From: Sphagnum compactum
Lineage: Eukaryota
Assembly: GCA_965153455.1 (NCBI GenBank)
Contig: OZ234493.1
Location: 21,070,213 to 21,134,212, forward strand
Direction of reading: 5' to 3'
DNA: 64,000 nucleotides
How positions within the stretch are numbered: the first letter of the stretch is position 1; every line of letters begins with the position of its first letter. The notes below the pieces were generated by a model. It did no database searches, was not told the origin of the DNA, and worked only from the letters and a program-made list of their open reading frames with translations. Shown piece by piece: positions 58,600 to 64,000 of the stretch. Made by a program: the position numbers and the translations under genes.

Positions 58600-60615
58600 A
58601 AACACGCCGAGCATTTTTTTCCGCCATTCCGTCGTCTTCGCAGGAAGGAAGGAAGGAAGGAAGGAAGTCCTCGCGAGTGTGTCTCTGTGTGTGTGCGTGT
58701 GGTCGGTCTGTTGTGTCGGAATCGTCGGATTCTGTTGTTCAAGTCTTGGGTAAGTGCCTACTAAGCCTACCCATCCATCGATCAACAGACGACGACTTTT
58801 GTCGCTGTGCGTCTGGAGTCTGGACTCTGTCTGTGGTGGGAGTGGGGGAGGGGTGTGGGTGTGGGGGGGGGGGGGGGGGGAGGAGGGGTCTGTTGTGTGA
58901 GGGATCATTAGGTATGTGTGCGGGTTTGCGTTTGGAGTGTTGATTGATTTTTTTGGTGTTTTCCGAGTATGTATTGGGTTTGATGGGCTATGAAGATGAT
59001 GGTGATGGTGGAATGTTGATTATGATGATGATGATGGTTGTGGTGATGGTGTTGATGGTGATGGTGGTGTTTTGTGAAGGTGTTTGTGTTTCTTCTTCTT
59101 CTGTCTGTGGTTTGTGGGTGATGGGTGTGTTTTGTTTTCCGGTAGTTTCTGAAGAATCTCATCAGAAGAGAAGGATTCTTGTCTGCCGAGAGACCAAAGC
59201 TTTGCTTCTTTGTTAGACTGACTCATCATCATCACAGTATATGCCAGGGACGGAGATTGTAAATCTGTGTTGCAATTCTCAGCTGAAAGGAGGAAGTGGT
59301 GGTGGAGGAGGAGAGACAAGGAAGGGTAACGGAGTGGTGCTGCTGTGAAAGCAAAGGCGGGTTTTGGACAAACCCTGAGTGTGTGTTGCGGAGAGAGGAA
59401 GAGAGAGAGAGAAAAAAAAAAAGAGAGTTTGGGTGTGGAGAGATGATCCAGGTCGGTGGTGCATCATCATCGTCATCATCATCACCATCGCCACATGCGC
59501 TCCTCCTGGGTTTGCTGTGATTTCTTCCAGTTTTCTGGGTTTGCAGTGACGATGAAGCAATTGCCGCGGCGGTACCTTGTGTTGGATGTTAGGGAGTTTG
59601 TGCGTTTGCGTTTGCCTTCGCCTTTGGGCTGCTGTTGTTGAAGGAGTGGGTGTAGTCTCTCTACCGCAAGCGGGACAGAGAGAGACACACACAAACCAGA
59701 GAGACAAAGAAGAGAATTTGGAGCTTTTCCGCTTCTTCCAAGGGCAGCAGCAGCAACGCCCATCCCTCCATCGTATGTCTAAACCCTAGGTGAATCACAC
59801 GACATTCACGCAATAGATTCATGAGCATTTGTGAGCTTGGGAAAAAACTCTTTGGGTAGACTTTCTTTGTGGCTTCATGCATACTTCCCTTGTTGCTGTG
59901 GCATAAAATCTCTTCACGGCCCTTTTGCAAGATCATCACTCCCAAGAGCCCTTTTTTTTGCCACTTCCCATCTCTCCCCTCAACAACAACAACAACAACA
60001 CAGTGCACCTAGTCATCAAGAATGTATGATGAACATCTCAGAAGAGCAGCAGTTCTGTTGTTGTTCGTTGTTTGTGCCCTTTTCTACTGCTCCTCCTCCT
60101 CCTCTGCAGCAGCTTTTGCAGAAGCATCATGGTTAGTTGGTTTTCATCTTTGAGAATTGGATTTGCAGCAGACACCAAGGTGTGTTTTGAAACAAAAAAC
60201 CCCACACACCTGCACAACACATGAGGTGGATGAGGATTCTCTACTTAGGAGATACATTGTGCCTGCGATGCAACGAAAGCTGGAGCTTGACACAGGGAGC
60301 AGCACTTGTTGATGATGCTGATGATGCTGTGAGTGACAATCCAAACAACAGCAGCAGTAGCAGGAGGGCACTGAATCAAAGACATCAAAAAACAGGATTA
60401 CGGATCAGTGTGGAGCAGGAAAGTAGGAATGCAATCAAGAGGGTCTAGACACAGGGGCAAGACTCGCAGGAAGAGGAGGTTGACAGAGTGGGCAGGGACT
60501 TAGTCTCATTATTATAAGAAAAACAGGGGGAGTTGAAGAAGAGATTGGCATCAGAGAGACAGACATACAGACAGACAGGTACAGCCAGAGAGCTGGGCAA
60601 GCTCTTAGATTCACA
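58600..60615 (+). promoter_or_regulatory. Probable long, spliced 5' leader of the HAC gene with several upstream ORFs
   Basis: Candidate donors (cttgg|gtaagt ~58750, attag|gtatgt ~58912, cctag|gtgaat ~59790) and acceptors (ccggtag ~59145, ttgcag ~60168); GC-richer, microsatellite-rich sequence; at least six upstream ATGs. Confidence 0.5.
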
Positions 60616-60769
60616 ATGCAAACACAGACACAGGTGCCTGGGCAATCTCCCGGGCCGCTGCAAACTGAAACCAGCCACAACTCTGGAATGCAAGGCTTAT
60701 GGCGACGATGGCAGTCTGAATCCGATACCAACCTCCGCCGTGATGTTGTTGAGAACATGTGAGCCCATG

Positions 60770-60811
<42 letters not shown>

Positions 60812-63800
60812 TATGATTGATGTTAGAAGAAGACTGGAAGCTCTTCCCGCATTTTTTTGATACCAAGAAGCACCCCCCTCCATGGCTGATGGCATTTTCT
60901 TTATGAAACCCTTTCACTGGGGTTTGATGCCCTAGTGCATAAATGTTAGCATTAGATTGCTGGAGTGCACAGAGGCACAATCGATGATGATGATGTGGAG
61001 AGAAAAACTCAACTGTGTTTGATTGAGTTCAGCTGGCTGCAACCGACATTGTATATGAAATGTGCCAATCTTTCAATCTTTTTTGGGAGCTTCAGAAATT
61101 TGACATGGGATCCTGATATCTTTGCATCCAATTTTGTGTGGGACCTTTCAGATTGCGGCTTTTTAAAAACCGGAAGCCAAATGTCACTCCTGAGTGGCAG
61201 CAAAGGCTTCCAGATTTTGTGAAACGATTGGAGGAGGCATTGTACAGGAGTGCAGCCACCAAGGTAAAATGCTGTCTTTGTTGTTGCTATCAGAAAAAGG
61301 CTGCAGTTTTCGAGGAGTGTAAAAAGCAGTCAACTTTTTTCATTGGGTGATCATGATTCTGTGATTGGGTATAAGGATTCAGTGCCCTGATTTTGGGTAG
61401 GTCACAAAGTCAGACATGTAAATTGTTTTCATTGTTGTTGGGTTTTACAGTAGGGGGTGTATGTAAGTTGTTTTTTTGTTGGATTTTATAGGAGGAGTAT
61501 GTGGATGCTTCAACACTGGAGCAGCGGCTGCAAATAGTGACCAAGCGCTTGGTGCGAAAGCCACAGCAAGCATCTCAGGTGGTATCATCCTCAGCAGTGG
61601 GCAATATGATTCCAACCCCTGGGACGACACCTTCCAACATGATGCCAACGCCAGGCACTGGGAGCAACATGATGTCAATGCCTGGGAACAGCAGCAGCAT
61701 GACACTGACGCCAGGGAGCACAGGAAACTTGATGCTTCCAGGGGGTGGTGGTGGTGGTGGAAGCTTAAGCAGCATGATGTCTGTGCCTGGGAATGGAAAC
61801 AACAGCTTCATGAATCCTATGTCTCATGGAAGTGGAACAATGATGCCAGCACCAGGGACCAACATAAGCAATATGATACCAACACCTGGACATGCCAGTA
61901 ACAACATGTTTGGTGGTGTATCTGGAAGCAACATGATGCCTACCCCAGGCTCTGCAGGAATGAATTCTTTGGGCTCTTCCCAGCAAGCAGCAATAGGTGG
62001 TGGCCTTCGCTTGTCACAGAACGGCCTTGTAGCATCCAGCATGGGAATGGGAGTCAGTAACCAAATGATTCCTACACCAGGTTTAACCTCGTCACAGGGG
62101 ATGAGCATTTCAGCTGCACCATCGTCAGCCGTTCTTCCTGACATGAGTGGGGTAACATCTGCACAATTGCAGCAATATGGGGGTGGTGGTGTCAATGATC
62201 ACTATCATGGGTTGAATGGACACTTAGGAGGGGGAAGTGGAGGAGGAGGAGGCATTAGCAGTAGTGTTCAGCGCAAGTCCACCTCATCCTCAATCGGATT
62301 GGTCAATGGAGGGAATAGTAATGAGTTGATGCTGCCCAATGGGCAGCACCTGATGAATGGGAACACTGTCTTACATAATCCTGCAAGCTATCCCAATGCA
62401 TCGCAGTACTCAAATGTACACCTCCAGCATCAGCAGCATCCGCAGCGTCTGACAACGCAACAACAGCGGCCCCCAAACCTTCGCATGCGTATGTTCTCTC
62501 CCTCCCTCCCTCCCTCCCTCCCTCAGGCTTCTTCTATAGGGCATGTGCACACAAATGCCACTCTTTGTCTTGCCGGTAGTGTCATCCACTGAACCATCTG
62601 TCATCACCCCCTGAAGTCATTGTTATTGTATTGCAGGGGATAGCTATGCCATGAATGCTGCAGACCTTGCAGGATCAGGGAGCTTGTTTTCTGCAGTGCA
62701 AGGACATGGACTAGCTGGAAACAACTTGGGTATGGAGTCAATGATTTCACCATCAATGAAGATGATTCCAGTGCAAGGATTTCCGTCTGCACAGCCAAGC
62801 TTGCAACAGACGAACCAGCTGCAGCAGCAGATACAACGCACAGGCCTTCACCAAAACGTGATGTACAATCCAAGGGGCCAACAACAGCCACAACAGCCAC
62901 AACAACAACCGCAACAGCAGCAGCGGCAAATACAGCAGCTTGCCAGATCTCAAGCAATTTATGAGTCCCAGCAGTCTTCAGGTCTTGCTGGTCCAAGACA
63001 ATCAGGGGTTAGTTTACTGAAACCAGTTCTCTTCATATCTGTATATGTCCTTGTCTTGCAGATACTTGCTGCAGAATGCTTGTGAAGGTCCAATTCAGCT
63101 GAAATTTACCTTCATGAATGCAGCATGAACAGGCTTTCCAACAATCCGTGTCACAGCACATGCAACAGCCAACACCAGGATTTCCACACCAGCAGCATCA
63201 AAATATGCAACAGCAGCGACAACAGTCTAGTCAACACCAGCAGCAACAGCAGCAACAGCAGCAACAGCAGGTGAGAGAAATGCCCATTGAGTGTTGGGTT
63301 TGTCTTCCTGCAGTTTCCTCAGCCATATAGCAATCCTCAGAGGCCTTGAAACTTTTCTTCTGTCTTTGAGATGCTAATTTGAACAAGAGTGACAGGGTGC
63401 ACAAGCTCAGAGGCAGCATCCAGCAGCATCCCAGCAACAGCCCACTCATCAGTCCAAGCCTGCTTCACAACAGCACCATCTTCTAATGCAGCAGCGGCAG
63501 TGGCAAGGCCAGCACAACCAGCAGCAGCATCAAGGCCCTCCTGGACAACTGCCATCACAGTCTCCATCCCAGAACCAACCACAGCAGCAAGCTGCTCAGG
63601 GGCTTCACTTGCAGCAAGTTGAGCAAACCACCACTGCCCAAGGGTCACTGCAAGAGCAGCAGCAACAACCAACACTGCAGGTCTCAGTCCAAAAGCAAGG
63701 CCAACAGCTACCAAAACAAGAAGAGGGTGTCAACAGTTCAGCTCTTTCTCCACCGATACAAAGTACAGTGCAACCAGGGAGCAGTGCAAATGGGAACTTG

Positions 63801-64000
63801 CCCCCAGGTGGATCTGGTGGGCCTGGTGGAGGAGCTGCTGTGGACGCTCAGCGACAACAGCAGTACTCTAAACAACAAAGATGGCTGCTTTTTCTGCGTC
63901 ATGCCAGCAAGTGCACAGCTCCTGAAGGCCAGTGTCAAGTCACACCACACTGCAGCATGGCTCGGCAGCTGTGGACCCACATTGTGTCATGTCGGGATCG
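60616..64000 (+). CDS. HAC1: CBP/p300-family histone acetyltransferase (HAC1-like), 5' part; runs off the window
   Basis: KIX-like N-terminus (WQQRLPDFVKRLEEALYRSAATKEEYVDASTLEQRLQ), repeated MIPTPG motifs, Gln-rich region and start of a TAZ zinc finger (KQQRWLLFLRHASKCTAPEGQCQVTPHCSMARQLWTHIVSCRD). Exons 60616-60758, 61152-61263, 61492-62488, 62637-63007, 63124-63270, 63396->64000. The exact paralog cannot be assigned. Confidence 0.9.

Overview
Eukaryotic land-plant nuclear DNA. Multi-exon GT-AG genes and very AT-rich, transposon-filled intergenic DNA suggest a moss such as Sphagnum (inference). Four host genes are supported: dynamin-related ARC5/DRP5B (+, 68-5630), a five-unit polyubiquitin (-, 10120-11265), a DnaJ/DnaJ-X chaperone (+, 25610-29436) and the 5' part of a CBP/p300-type histone acetyltransferase (+, 60616 to window end). 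The most notable element is a complete 2547-bp GC-rich Sola-like DNA transposon (20674-23220) with 28-bp TIRs flanked by AATT. Its single ~759-codon transposase frame is broken only by three stops that each fit a C->T change; reverting the last one reveals a canonical C-terminal PCNA-binding PIP box beside an AT-hook. Other elements: two related non-autonomous CACTA elements (one carries a ~0.9-kb host-like insert, the other lacks it but holds a nested hAT derivative), a decayed PIF/Harbinger transposase with telomere-like arrays in its intron and flanks, pogo, hAT and gypsy remnants, MITEs, and a perfect 39-bp hairpin. All exon models and family calls were made by eye; no searches were run.
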